From the human T2T-CHM13v2.0 reference genome, Homo sapiens: a DNA stretch of 64,000 bases. A program made the translations under genes and the position numbers. The notes under the pieces are model-generated. The model did not search any database, was not told where the DNA came from, and saw nothing but the letters and a program-made list of their open reading frames with translations. Shown piece after piece: positions 24,701 through 38,500 of this stretch (position 1 is the stretch's first letter; each line of letters opens with the position of its first letter). Where the stretch lies: NCBI RefSeq assembly GCF_009914755.1, contig NC_060934.1; one strand, written 5' to 3'.

Positions 24701-27700
24701 GATTTTCTGATATTTAAACTGGCTGCAACTAATGAATAGTTTTCAGTTTTGTTTTAAAAGTGTTCATGTCATTTAAGCTCTAAACTCTCACAATATACTT
24801 GGTTTGTTAAATGTAAAATTTTATCAGTAATTAGATCAGCTCCTTGATATTAATGTACAGGGTAGCTCTTGCGTGCTGATCAGTTCAGAATTTAAATTGA
24901 GTTAAAGGTTAAATGAGTTTAATTTTTGAATTGAACTGAAGCATTGTCTTGTGGCAAATTCATCCAGAATTTTTATTTCCAGTTGCTGTACAAGTGACGG
25001 AAGTGGGTCTTTTTGCGATAAAAACATTGTGAATACATTTAGGATTCAGTGAGCTTCTGTCATTTACTCGCTCATTCTCTAAACGTGTGAGTGCCCTGCT
25101 CTGTGTCAGACCAGATGGCAGGCCCTGCATGGGGTGGGGAGGGGCCAGAATGTGCAGCCCCACCTGCAGCCCAAGCCCAGCTCAGGGGCAGACAGGGGCA
25201 GACGGGGAAGTGGGCTGTTCCACACCTTGAGATTGGTGAATTCCTCAAGACAGCGGCTGGCAGGGGCCCAAGCCTAGGTGACTGGCCACAGAGCTGAATG
25301 GGGCTGACCGAGTTAGGACATCACTGGGTGGTGAACCAGGAGGCCCTGGCTGCTGACAGGATGTAGGGGCATGGAGGGGTAGCAGAAGGAGGCAGTTAAG
25401 AGGCTGCGAGCCCCCTCTTGGGCATCTGACGGGGTGGTGCTTCCTCCCAGGGCTAGGGGAGAGGTGAGCAAAGAATAACCTCAGGAAAAGAAATAAAAGA
25501 CCTGGAGGAACAGTTTAACAAGTGGGTGGCCATGAAGAGCTACCAATGGAGACTGAAGGAAAACCAAGAAGGACCAGAGAGAGAATGGAGCCAGGAGGCT
25601 GGAAGGAGAGAGGCGGGTTTTGTGTCAGGATTGCCCAGAGCTCCCCGGAGAGGAGCATCTCTCCTCTCCATGGCAGAGCACAGAGGGTGGAACACTGACG
25701 TCAGATCTTCTTCAGGCCCTGAACGTAAGAATTCCTTGGTACCTGGTCTGCTTTGAGACTGACATGCTGTGTTTGATTAGTTTGACTTCGGGATGCCAGC
25801 TAAATGCTGTTTGCTCAGCATATGCCTGAACTGGAAATGGTTCCATCACAAAACAAACTGAATCAAATAGAACGTGGGGGTGGCTCAGTGGGGACACAGA
25901 GCCAGAGGTGAGTCTCCTTCACCCCAAACACCCCAAGTTCTAGATTTGTTCTTGGAGCTCTGTGTCAGGGTTGGGGTGGACAGGAGGGAGAGAATATCCT
26001 CCGCAGAAACACAGTTTATCACACTGCAGAATTCTTAGTGTTCTTCTGACAAGGACGTTTGTTCAGTTTCCCTCTAGACTGGGCCATGCTCTCTAAATAG
26101 AACTGAAATCATAGTTACAACTCAAAGGCAGTTGAGAGAAGAGTTCTAGCTTTGTTCCATAACGTCCTGTGTCTTGATTTCACTGTATCTGTCTGTTCAT
26201 CCTGCTGGGGGCGTTAACCCACCTCTTCTCGTACAGGGTCATCTCTAGTTTCACTGAGGACCTCTGAGAACCCTAGTCCCTCTGTCCATACACATCGGCA
26301 GGAGACTCACCTCCCCCCTTTCCTCCTGTACCCCATCTGATCCACATGCACAAAACACACACATGCAAATATTTAAAAGTAGAAAGGCTTATGGACTGTA
26401 TGACTTCAGTACACCTGCAGATTCATGGAGTGGTTCTGGAGAACATTGGTCCTTCTGCCGGCCTGGCAGCTACTTTAATTTCTGGTGTCCATTGGCAGAA
26501 TACAAGCTCATAGTGTGTGCTGGGGGCTGGGTGGGGCAGGGGATTACCGTTTTCTTGCAGTGATTGTTCTTGATGGAATCCACATTACTGCTTTCAAAGC
26601 TGCTTTTCCTGTGCCTTCTTCCAGAAAGCTATCCTCCCGTCCTTGGTTGGCTGGGGCAGGTGAAGCATTAGGAAATGCTCTGTCTCTGCATTCTCTTCGA
26701 GTAACACTGGGGAGTGTTCATGGCTTCTGGCAGAACAGCAATGTTAGCCTTCAGCTGCTGAAGCAAGCCTTCTGCTCATTCTAGAGGCATCTTCTAAACA
26801 GATCTGCACTGGTCAGGTGGGGCTGGAGAAGGACTGGGCTGAGAGCACAGCTATGGGAGGCAATACTTGTTCTTGTTCCCAAGAAGCTGATGTGTCGTCC
26901 GGTGAGGTCTCTCGTCAGCCGAAGGTTGGCACAAGGTCGCCAGGCAAGGGCTTTTTGTATGTGAAGTATGCACATTCTAGCCACAGAGTTTTCTGCCAGG
27001 GTGTTTAGACAAGCTAAAAGTGGAATATAAACTGTATTCAATTTGCTAGGTTGCAATTATAAGGACAAACATGTTTTTAAGACTTAACCCATTATAGTAG
27101 GAAAATACAAGGCTTGGGGTATGCTGACTCTTTCCCTTGTTCGTCTCTCAAATAGAAAAATGGTGTGTGTAAGTAGGTGTTTGTATATGTACATTATAAG
27201 ACATTCTAGAAATTTCTGTCCTATTTCTTTAATATTCTTGCCACTAAAAATATATGCTCCTGAAACTAGGGAAAAAGAAACTGTTTATCATTCTTCTGAA
27301 TTATTACAGATACCCCAAAAGTAGCCTCCTCCAAATAGTGGTTTTTCTTTTCTAAAAATCACCTGGAAAAATACTGAGCTTTCTGATCTTTATTTTATCC
27401 TTTTCAGTGGCTCTGTTTGGAAGAGTTATTGTACAACCCAGCACTGCTTTTATTAAAAAGAAAACTGGGCCACTTATTTCCTTCAAAGTTTTTGGTGTGT
27501 TTAAATCTTCTCTAGGTAAACAAAACTTTTATTGAAAATAATATTTTGAGACCGTGACACCCTTCTCACAAGAAGCGGTGCTGAAAGCCCCCTTGTTGGC
27601 TGGTCCTGCAGGCAGCCTGGCGTCTGCTTTGCCTGTGGGCCGTGCAGGGTGCTGGGGGCAGTGGGGAGAGGCGTCAGTCCCACCTGCAGCTTTCGGGGGG

Positions 27701-29156
27701 GTGCTGGGGAGGCAGATTTGACATGAACGCAAATAAGTGCAAGGACCATCAGGGCAAAGAGACCCAGGAGACCAGGCCAGGGGAGGAGGCAGAGAGCCTG
27801 GTCAGGCCAGGCTGGTCCTCCAGGTCCAGGCCCTGCAGGATCCTGGAAGGCGTGAAGATGGGCTGGAGGTGTGAGCACCAAGAATGGGGCGCGGCCTGAC
27901 CTTGGGTCTCTAGAAGTTACCCTGTGGTGGCATTTTCTATAATTGATGTCATAAATAGCTGGCTTCTTTGTTAGAATTCATTTACTTACTAAGTTTGGCA
28001 AATATGTTGAAGGAAAGAAATGTGAGTGTGTGGATGGATTTCAGCACGTTGACATCAGTGCCTGTCTCCTTGGTGCCTGTTGGAGACACCGTGTTGGAAT
28101 AAGGATGAGGTTCCTCCCTCAGAATGGTTGATCCATTTCCTTCAGTTCTTCTTCAGTTTTGCAGCTTTTCTCCCCTAACTGTAGCAGACCATCTCCTGGA
28201 ATCTCATATTAAAGGCATAATTAATCATGTGATATCCTCTCGTTTTTTGCATCAGAGTTTTCAAGAGCCCTCCAGATTTTTATTGCCTGCAGATCCGTGT
28301 GCTTAGACATAGTACCGTCAGCAGTAAACTGGCTTCTGGAGAAGAAATTGACAAACAACTTTATAGTTGCATTTTTAGCCTTAATATCTGAGGGCGAGAA
28401 GAATGTTCAGGATTTATGAAGTTCCTGAATTTAAAATATAAGCAATAAAATGTTCCTAATGTGGGGTCCCCATCTGCATCTATTATTACAAACTCTTAAA
28501 GTCACTTTAGCCTAACATGTCAATAGGAGTTTTCTTCTCTTTCTCTTTTCTTTTTGACAAATTGTGTCCAAGCAAATTAGTTTGCTTGCATGAAGCGTCA
28601 TCTGTGTTTGCAAGCTGGAACAGTTTTGCTGGTTAAGCAGTCTAGAGATGATAAAATTTTTTGTCCGAGTATGACTTTGGTGGTGAATTTAAAAGAATCA
28701 CGGCCGCTGCTGGAAGCTCAGAGGAGAGGTCCATTTTAAAGGGCGTCTGCTGCACTCAGCCCAAAGCGTTACGGGGATTGTTTGAATTGACAAAATGAAA
28801 ATATGTATTATATTTTCTCTTTTTAAAATCCATTTACAGTTTATTTGTCTGATATGGAGGAGCAGAGGTATAAATTACAGAGAAATTGTCATCATATCCT
28901 CTGGATGATAAGTAGGGCCAGGGCTTCTGTTTATTTCGGTGGTTGGTTACCCACTCAGGACAGTAAAATCACAAAGTTTTAGCTAAGGAAGGAGAAATCC
29001 CTTCTGCCTGTATAATAAATGTTGTTTTGACCCAACTACACTGTTTCTTGTGATAAAAATATGTCACTTAAGGTTTCCTGCATCTGCCATTTGTGAACGT
29101 ACAGTTGAGCGACATTAGTTGGTGCCATCTGTGAGTGCACAGTGCAGCAACTTTAG

Positions 29157-29697
<541 letters not shown>

Positions 29698-32600
29698 TCA
29701 TCTCCAGAACTTTTCTGTCTTGCAGAACTGAAACCCGTACCCATTAAACACTAACTCCCCATTTCTGCCAGCCCATCCCCTGGCACCCACCCTACTCCTT
29801 TCCGTCTTGATGCTAACACACCTTGTGTGGGTTCCTCCAAGTCAAGAGAAGGAGTGTCCAAAGACCCCTGAGACCAGAACCCTCTGCCAACGTTGGTAGT
29901 GCTGTTTCGGCCTGGAGGGCAGGTGGGCCTCTGGGCACTTCTTCGTCAGGACATGGAGCCATTTCGGGTAGGGCCCTGGGTCTACCCTGTCCCAGCCCCG
30001 TTCCCTGTCAGAAACCCGAGGCCCAGAGGTGCAGGGCAGCTGCAGCACCAGGGTGGACAGATGTTGATGATCAGTGGGAAGGAATTCAAAGAAATAGAAC
30101 ATTCTACACAAATGTGGGGAGGTATCTTTAGTAAAAACAGGACCCAAGTACATGCAAAGTGCACTGTGAGGGAGAGAGATGCTCTGAAGAAAGGCACTGT
30201 TTTTACATTAATGAGCATTTAAATGATGCTGGGTTAACCATTTGGCTTTTTGTACCTTGTCACCATCTCCTTTATGGTGTGATTGGACTTTCGAGAGAAG
30301 GTGGAGGAAGGTTAATAGATAGGTAGGAGAGTTGCAGGCAGGAAAGACAGAAGGCCCCGGGGATGATAGGTGGGGCAGAGGGAGGGATGGAGAGGTGACT
30401 TCAGGAAGAGCATCAGCTGCCGCAGGCCAGGGCACCCTCAGGAAGCAGGCCCCCCATGCTTGCAGCTGCCCCCGGGAGCCCTCATCCCCAGTCTGACAAC
30501 TCGAGGTAGATCTGGGTTGCTCTTTATTTTTTGATGATTTTTGCATAGTTTCAAGGATCAGTGTCTTCTACACTGATATTCTATCTCTGTAAGTTTCTCC
30601 GAGGTATTTTCACCTGTACTGACATTGTAGTCTTTCCTTACTCTCTTATTTATTTATTTACCAGACCCCACCACTGGGTGCAGTGATCAAAACCAAAATA
30701 TCAAACCAGCACCAGAAACTCTTCAGCAGACCGGTGGAACATGCCTTAGAGAAAGCCAGAGGGGTCAGGCATAGCCTCCTGTGCCTGGCCTGCGCTCGCC
30801 TGGGAAGGGCACCCCTCGCTGTCCAAGAGTGACCCCAGGCCACAGAAACCACGCTGAGTACCAAAGGCGAGTCCCCAGGGTGTGGGCAGGCTCCTTGCTG
30901 GCATGTTCAGCCCAGGCTTGCCGGAAGTGGGGCTCAGGCTCTGTCTGTGGGATAATGATCAGAAGCTTGGCAGTCATGGGACCAGGATAAGAAGAACCAA
31001 AGGACAGCTCTCCTCTCATGGTTATGGGCCAAAAAATAGGTGATTGTTTTAACTGTGGAAACTGACCCACTAAGGGGGACCTGCTGAGAGGAAGGCCAGT
31101 GGGGCCGCAGACAGGAGGGGAGGCCACAGCCGCCCACCCGCTCATGGCCGAGCGCCCCGTTTCCTGAACATGTGGGAGGGGCAGGCTCCCCACATGGGAA
31201 CCACTGGGCCGTGACTGTGGCGCTCCAGCTGCTGGCAGTGCACACCCGGTGGGGCCCTCTGTGGCTTGAGCTGCGTCACCATGACGCTGCATGCCCAGGT
31301 GGTCATCCAGGAGGATGACTCTGTGCAGACCTGTGTGCCCCCGGGCCTGGGCCTCCTGCACCCCAGAGGTCAGTGACAGTGGAAATTGCCACAGACGTGG
31401 GTTTGTGGCCTTCAAAGCCTTCAATGTCACAGAATTCTGAGTCTTTAGCTAAATTAAGTACATGTTCACGTGAGTGTGTGATTTCTCCATGAGGACTGAG
31501 CCTCATAGTTTGTCCCTGTACCGGTGTCAGTTCATCGCTTTGGTCTTGGTGGAGAATTCTGCATCGCAGGCACATCGTCTGGTTAGCGGGAGACATGTTT
31601 GGCCAGCGGTGAAAGACTGCCTTGCCCGAGTTCCTGAGACTTCGGGGCTACTGATGGCAGGGAGAGGCTGGCCGAGGGCAGGGCCACGCGGTCCCCTTCT
31701 GCTGATGTCCGTGAGGACTGGGCACAGCTGCCAGAGTCAAGGGCACGGAAGTGCAAGCAGTCCGTCCTTTTCTGAAGCCTGCTCTTTTTGTTTTTCCCCA
31801 CGTGTGTCACCTTTTAACGTTTTTTTCCTGGCTTTTTCATTAATGTATGTAAAAATATTAAAAGCCCTTGTATATTACATGAAAAACTATGTCAGCTGCC
31901 TTGCTTTTTTCTATTTATTAAAACTTTTCAAGCAGTAAAAACATTTTACTTGTTAATGAGGGAAAGTGGGAAAATTAATGACATAGAGCTTGGATCCACC
32001 ACGATGTCTCCTCTTAACCATGCGCAGCCAGCTTCCCACCGCATGGAGTTTAATTTCTGCGATAGGGTTCAGTAAGCAAATGCAAATAGATTTAATGATT
32101 TGCATCAGTAGATCATTTCTCAGTTTAATATCCTCTGATATTTTGGGTCAAGGACTCTTTCTTTGGGAGACTAGTATAATTTCTAGAGGTAGAATTATTA
32201 ATATTAGTGATATTACATTATGTTGAAGTGAAGTGAGATAGATGTATCATTTTCACAAAGTCAGATTTCTGCGTGACTTTTATTCATTGTGGTGCAAAGG
32301 AAACCCTGGCTGCTGAAGTAGACTTAGGAGCAGGCAGAATTCCTGGACGCAGGTGCCTTGGAGTGAGGTGACCCTCTCTGGCCCCCAGCACCTTGCGAGC
32401 AGTGGTTTTTGCATCTGTTCACCAGCGCATGTGAACCTGTGGGCCCGGGGGACACGTGGTCCATTTTTGTTGAGTACGTTCAACAAAGGAATGAATTAAA
32501 ATGAGAACTCTTTTCAGCAAACGCTGATGGAGCTTTCTGTGTCTCGTGTGTGGCACCATGCTGACGGAATGACGAGAAACCACAACCTGGCCTCAAGGAG

Positions 32601-33789
32601 CTTTGTCTACTGCGGGAGACAGAGATGGTGGCAGATCAGTCCTGGAGGCACAAGGAGAGAGTGGTAGAAATACACAAAAGGCATTGAAGACCAGTGGAGC
32701 ATCAGGGTCACTTTCACAGGGAGGAGGCCAGGGGTCTTGTTGCCTGCCTGCCCCAAACGTGGCCTCCATTCCTTCTTTCTGTCTCCCGCTGGAAAGGCTG
32801 AGTGCAGGTGCCAGCTCTCTCTGCCTCACTGAGCGGGTATGTGTGAGAAGCGTAGGCCTACTGGCAGGCTCCTGGGGAAGACGTTTCTCCCCTGATACAA
32901 AGAGCAGCATGAGGAAGACTCTCCCGGCTCCCCAGTCTGCGGACACAGTTGTGTGAATGTGATTGCAGGAGGGAGCTGGGCAGCTGTTATGTGACCATGA
33001 GGGCGTGGGACTGGGGCTGAAAGGTGGCGTGCTGCCAATGAGAAAGATGGGGAGAGCTGGGCACCTGCTGGCCCTGTGGCCGGCCAGGCCGCCTCTGAAC
33101 ACCTATTCTGTGACCTGATGTGCATCCTCATCACACACTGCAGCCGTGAGCAGCACGCAGGTGATGACGGGTCATACGCCATCTGGGGACTTGATGCTCC
33201 TTTTAGCAAATACAGAAAGTACAAAGGAAATAAGAATCAGTTCCATTAATCAGTGATAGTCTTTTGGTGTAATTCCTTCTAGCTTTTTTTTTGTTTTCAT
33301 CGACATATTTAAAATCAGTTTTGAATTCTACTTAATTTTATATCTTAAGCATTTTTCTTGTTCTGACATCTTTTTAAGCATGATTTTTCAAGGTCTGTGC
33401 TTGGTTCTTTGTTAAGGCCTGTTGCGTGGTTGTACGTGGTGGTATTTTAACTGTCTATGTCCTGGTGAACCTCTATGTTTTTGTTTCTGTTTACTGGGCT
33501 GCAGTAAACAGTCTCGATGAACACTATGTAGCCCTGGGTGAGTGCTTCCTGAGCAAGCTTGCTTTTTGGCCTTTCTCCCTGTAGCTTTTTTGTCTGTAAC
33601 ACCCCTTTCTGTATTGCAGGTTGGCTTCTGAAATCAAATGTGACCCTAAGTGACTCCTCACTGTTTTTAAGATAAGAAAGCATTAGCTCTGTGTTTTCCT
33701 AGCCCCTCCGTTCTTGTACTTAGACCCTTCACTCTGAACAGCAGGTATGCCAGCCTGTACTTCCTGGCATTATTACCCAGTGGCCCATA

Positions 33790-34035
33790 GCTCAGAAGTG
33801 ACATTGTGTGGTGTGAACGCTGTCTCCGGAGCGAGATTCCTAACTCCTCTACTTTACAGCTATAAAGTGGACAAATCACTTCACTCCATGCCTCAGTTTC
33901 CCCAGGTATCACACATGGGGACTATAATAGCATCTAACCACATAGATTGTTGGACAATTAAATGAGCTGACCAGCAGGAAACTCTTAGAACAACGCCACC
34001 CCATAGTAAGCACTCAATAAATGGCAACTGCTGCC
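33790..34035 (+). mobile_element. MIR
   Basis: ggacaaatcacttcactccatgcctcagtttcccc...attaaatgag...cttagaaca...catagtaagcactcaataaatg matches MIR core and 3' end. Confidence 0.8.
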
Positions 34036-34380
34036 GTTGATGAGGATGACGATGGTGCTATTTCTACCACTTCCTAAGGTCGCCCCTGCGTGCTCAGCAG
34101 CCACCTCCACCCTGCCCTACCCGCTGCCCACATATTTCATAGGCCTCCTTAGATGTCCCTGTCTTTGAGCCGGGAGCCCTCGCACTCCCAGGCTTGCTTC
34201 AGATCCCTTGCCTGAGCCTCTCCAGCACTTTGAGCCCGCTCTGCCCGAGCGCTGTTCTCCTTCCGTGCCGTGCTGTCTGCTGTGAGTCCTGGAGAACAGG
34301 GACCATGTCTATCTTGCTGGCCTTAGTACCCCTCACAGGGCCTAGCCCAGGGGGCACTCAAGAAATTGTAAAGATCCATA

Positions 34381-34691
34381 GGCCGGGCGTGGTGGCTCAC
34401 ACCTGTAATCCCAGCACTTTGGGAGGCCAAGGCAAGAGACTCACTTGAGGCCAGGAGTTTGAGAACAGCCTGGGCAACATAGATTCTGTCTCTACAAAAA
34501 AACTTAAAAAAAAAAAATTATCCAGGCCTGGTGGAAGGCGTCTGCAGTGTCAGCTACTCAGGAGGCTGAGGCGGGAGGACCGCTTGAGCCCAGGAGTTCA
34601 GAGCTGCAGTGAGCTGTGATTATGCCACTGCACTGCAGCCTGGGCAACAGAGTGAGACCCTGTCTCTAAAAAAAAAAATAAAATAAAAAAT
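34381..34691 (+). mobile_element. Full-length AluJ (Jo-like)
   Basis: ggccgggcgtggtggctcacacctgtaatcccagcactttgggagg...gcttgagcccaggagttc...gagaccctgtctct plus A tail; partial TSD taaagatcc on both sides. Confidence 0.92.
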
Positions 34692-35157
34692 AAAGATCCT
34701 GTAAGTGAAGGGTTAGAAGAGTGGAATATATGTGCTCTTAACAAAGAATGGTGTGATTATAGAGATGGGAGGTGAAAAGTAGCACGAATTCCAAGTTTTA
34801 TTTTCGGCAACTCCGTCAGAGTCCTGAATGTTCTTTACCCAGTTTCTCACTCCCACTGGGACTCTCTAGGGCCAGCGGGAACCCTGCAGGCATTCGGAGA
34901 ACTGAGCGCTGGCTGGACCTCCTCAAAACGGGGCACCCTCCAGGGAGCTGTCGAGGGGCTCTTCTGCCTCTTCAGAAACCATCATCAGCTGTGAAATGTG
35001 GGCTTCCAAGTGGTTTTGTGTCTCCTCAGTTTACAGAGTCCATGTTTTTGGTGACTCTTGCCTTGGACCCTGATGGCGCTGGGGGGTTTCATCGCCATTT
35101 AACCCTCCGCGTCTCACAGAGACCAAGCAGTGCTTTCGGGATCGCTCTGTTGGTCTC

Positions 35158-35540
35158 TGTGTAGCACGTGGCCCCCAAAATTTAGGTGTTGAAGTCCTCA
35201 TCCTCAGAACCTCTGGATGTGACAGTATTTTTGAGATAGGGTCTCTTAGAAAGGTGATTAGGGTAACTCAGGGTCATTAGAGGAGCCCCTCACCCAGTGT
35301 GACCGGTGTCCCCATGAGATGGAGGTTGTGGCACAGACACACAGAGGGATGGCCACGTGAGGACCCTGGGAGAAGGCTGCCTTCTGCAAGCCAAGGAGAG
35401 AGCGCCTTGGAGAAAACCAGCTGTGCCTACACCTTGGGTTCAGACTTGCAGCACCCAGGCTGCAGGGCTTCGTCAGGGCAGCCCTGGCGGAAGAACGCAG
35501 CCTCGTCGGTGGGTTTGGTGATGCTGTGCAGTTCAGCTTT
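35158..35540 (+). mobile_element. MaLR solo LTR (MLT1A/B-like)
   Basis: cccccaaaatttaggtgttgaagtcct...gatgtgacagtatttttgagatagggtctc...ggccacgtgaggac...ctgcaagccaaggagagag...acaccttgggttcagactt are MLT1 hallmarks. Confidence 0.8.
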
Positions 35541-38500
35541 ACCGTCTTGCTGCAGCGGGAACGTCCTGCTGTAGAAGAGGCGCCGCCATCCCAGACAGTG
35601 TTCATAAACACCGACGGCAAAGTCAGGACGGGCAGGAGCGTTCTAGGCAAATGATGAAAATGGTATTTTACACATATTTGAAAAGAAAGGTTTGAGAAGG
35701 CATCCATTATTAAAACCAAATTCAACAGAGAATTTAAAAACTGGCTGTGGTGAGCAATGTTAGTCCCAAATCACTTTTTCACAACTTGTTTCTGTTCTGT
35801 CGTAGGGCTAGTGAGACCGGCTTTCCCTTGAGTTCTGGGGCGGGACGTGGAATGTTTGTGAGGCTACCCTTCATTGAAGGGGGGCCCGTGATGTTGAGTG
35901 TTCACCGTCTTTCAGAACGTTTGTGCGGTGGCGTGTCCCTTCTGTAAATTGCTGTGACCTGGGCTGCATGCTCCACAGTCAGACTCGCTTCGCCCTCTTA
36001 CTGGTCTTCATTAATTCGTGGTCCCTGGAGTGGAGCGGGAAATACAGATATCCACCTCCTCTCATTATCCAAATACAATAACAAATTACGAAGCATCTTA
36101 TCCTACCAACCATTATCCTATCAGAAAGCATGTGCTAATTTCGAGGAAGCAAGAGGAACTATGTCAGATGTGCCATGAGATGTAAAATGTACTCGCCCTG
36201 TATCTTGGTCTTCTCCTAGCAGTATCTTGTCTGACAATCTCCTTGTTTAACTTCTTGGGCTTTTTCTTTGACATCTTCCCACCTTTCCCTAAGGGTTTAA
36301 CTGTCTTAGATCTCCTTGTCTGCTTCTGCCCGAGACTCTGGGTCCCTGTCAACTCGGGTAGAATTTTATTGGTATTTTTAGGCTCTTTAACATACTTTAA
36401 TCATTGTGTTGCTGCATATATTTCTTCTAAGATAGAAGTAAATTGTAATTGTCCTCAGATAATAACCTAGGACCTTAAAATACACACAAATGTACACACT
36501 AATGAATTTTGTAAATATTACATAACTCGGTAATTATTGTTTCAAATTAGATAATGCAGAAATCTCTGGATTTTTATGTCGGTGTTTATAAAGCATTTTA
36601 ATGATAATTGGGGAAGTTGGTTGTGGGTTTTTAGCTAGAACAGGAACCCATTATAATTTTTCCCAATTATAATAATGGGACATAAGCCTCTGTAACCTGA
36701 AATTTTCCTCTATGACATGTTTTCAGAAGTAGAATTATTAGATTTGATGAGTGTGGATGCCTAGGTTTGTAGTCAACTTTTTGAACTGAGCTAATCAATG
36801 CATATTTGGGAAGAGCATATAATCCAAAATATTGGGTCTACAAATGTAAGATTGCCTTTGGTGATGAGTTGGTGTCATCTGTCTTCTGTAGGAAATGAAG
36901 GGCCTCTTGCAGTGTGCTGTGCCTCATTTTAAACCTTTAACTGGCAAGTGGTCCTGATCTTCCCTCTGGACAGCTGCGGGAAGAGGTTTCCCGGTTTACC
37001 TTGGCCCCCGTAACACCACATCATCCCACGTGTGCGTGAAGAGCCCGCACAGGCCCCCTGTGCGCCCGGGGTCAGGTGTGGATGGGGTCGGGGTATTTCC
37101 AGTACTTGCGCTTCGGAGTCTTTTTAAAATTGAGAGCTCATCTATTGTTGATAAATGGCCAAATATAAATGTATAACACCTTGATTAATAGGCTGCTATG
37201 AAATTGAAGGTGGTCTTTTCTAGGAAATCCTCATTGAAATACTGCCCATTTTGAATAAGTCTAATAGTACGATGAACCACACCCTTAGTGGAAACGTTAT
37301 AGGATGCAAATAGGAAGATTTGTGGGTGTTTTTCCTTCATGAATTTGTTGTTATCTTTGCAGAAGTGAAGAATATCAATATTTTATGGCCTTTCTTTGGG
37401 ATTCGTGTTTATTACCAGTGATGCAGAGCGTGGCCCTGGTCCTCAGCGCCTCTGCCTTTGTGGTGGCGGGGGCCAGTTTGCCTGGTGGGGAGGTGTGTGT
37501 GTTTTCACCAAGTTAGCAAATTTCCTGTTTTCTCTTTTAAAATGGAAGGCTAGCTTCCTCTCCCATTGGCTTTTTCTGGAGATTGGAAATGGTATTACAG
37601 TCTTTGTTGTGTTATTGTGGAAATCTCCGGCGTCTCTCCTGATCTTGCCGCCCTGCACGGCCGTTGGAGAGTACTTGCAGGCAGCCCCGCTCCACACCAC
37701 TTTTATCATCTTCATTTTCATTCTTTTGTGAAAATGTAGTTGCTTTGGAGCCTTTCGAAAAGTGTGTCAGATCATTTTTGCCATTTCTCTTTTTCCTTTT
37801 ACTTTCTGTTATTTTCCATTTCGATCTCAGATACCCTTCTTAGGAAGCTGCATCCCCGACGCCGGGCTGGTCTGTTCTGCTCTGGGGGCGGCGTGTGCTC
37901 TCATTTCACTCCCATAATCAGCTTTGGCATATGGGATTCAGAGACGCAGTGCTTGGTCTTCTGAGATGTTTTGTGCAGCAGCTAGGTGATGTCCCAGTTC
38001 TCCTGGAATATTTGCATCGACCAGGATGCTGTTTCTGCGTCGGAACGTGGTGTCTTTGTTTACCCTTAGGCATTATCTTGCTTGTTTACCTAAATCTTTA
38101 ACTCTCCTTAGGTGAGTGACTTCACTGATACTAAGAGTGATTAAAATAATGTGATGTATGGAGTCAACTTAGGCAATACATTTACCTGTACACCACACGT
38201 CCAATATTTATTCAGAATGATTTTTTTCAAATATTTAATAAGAATGAATAATTGAATGTACTATAGCCTTCTTACTTTGCCCTGCGATCCCATAAGACCT
38301 TTAAAGCTAAAACTAGTTTGGGCCCTTGAGGGGTTTATAGAAATTAGGTATGTCTGAGTATGGAAATGGCTGGCATGGTGAAAGAATTGAGTCCTTAAGT
38401 AATTTGCTATTCCCAGTGATAATTAGAAGAAACCCCTGTTCTAGCTCCATTTTCCCATTTTTTTTAATGTTTTAGGGGAGATTTCTTTAGGTATTAGCGG

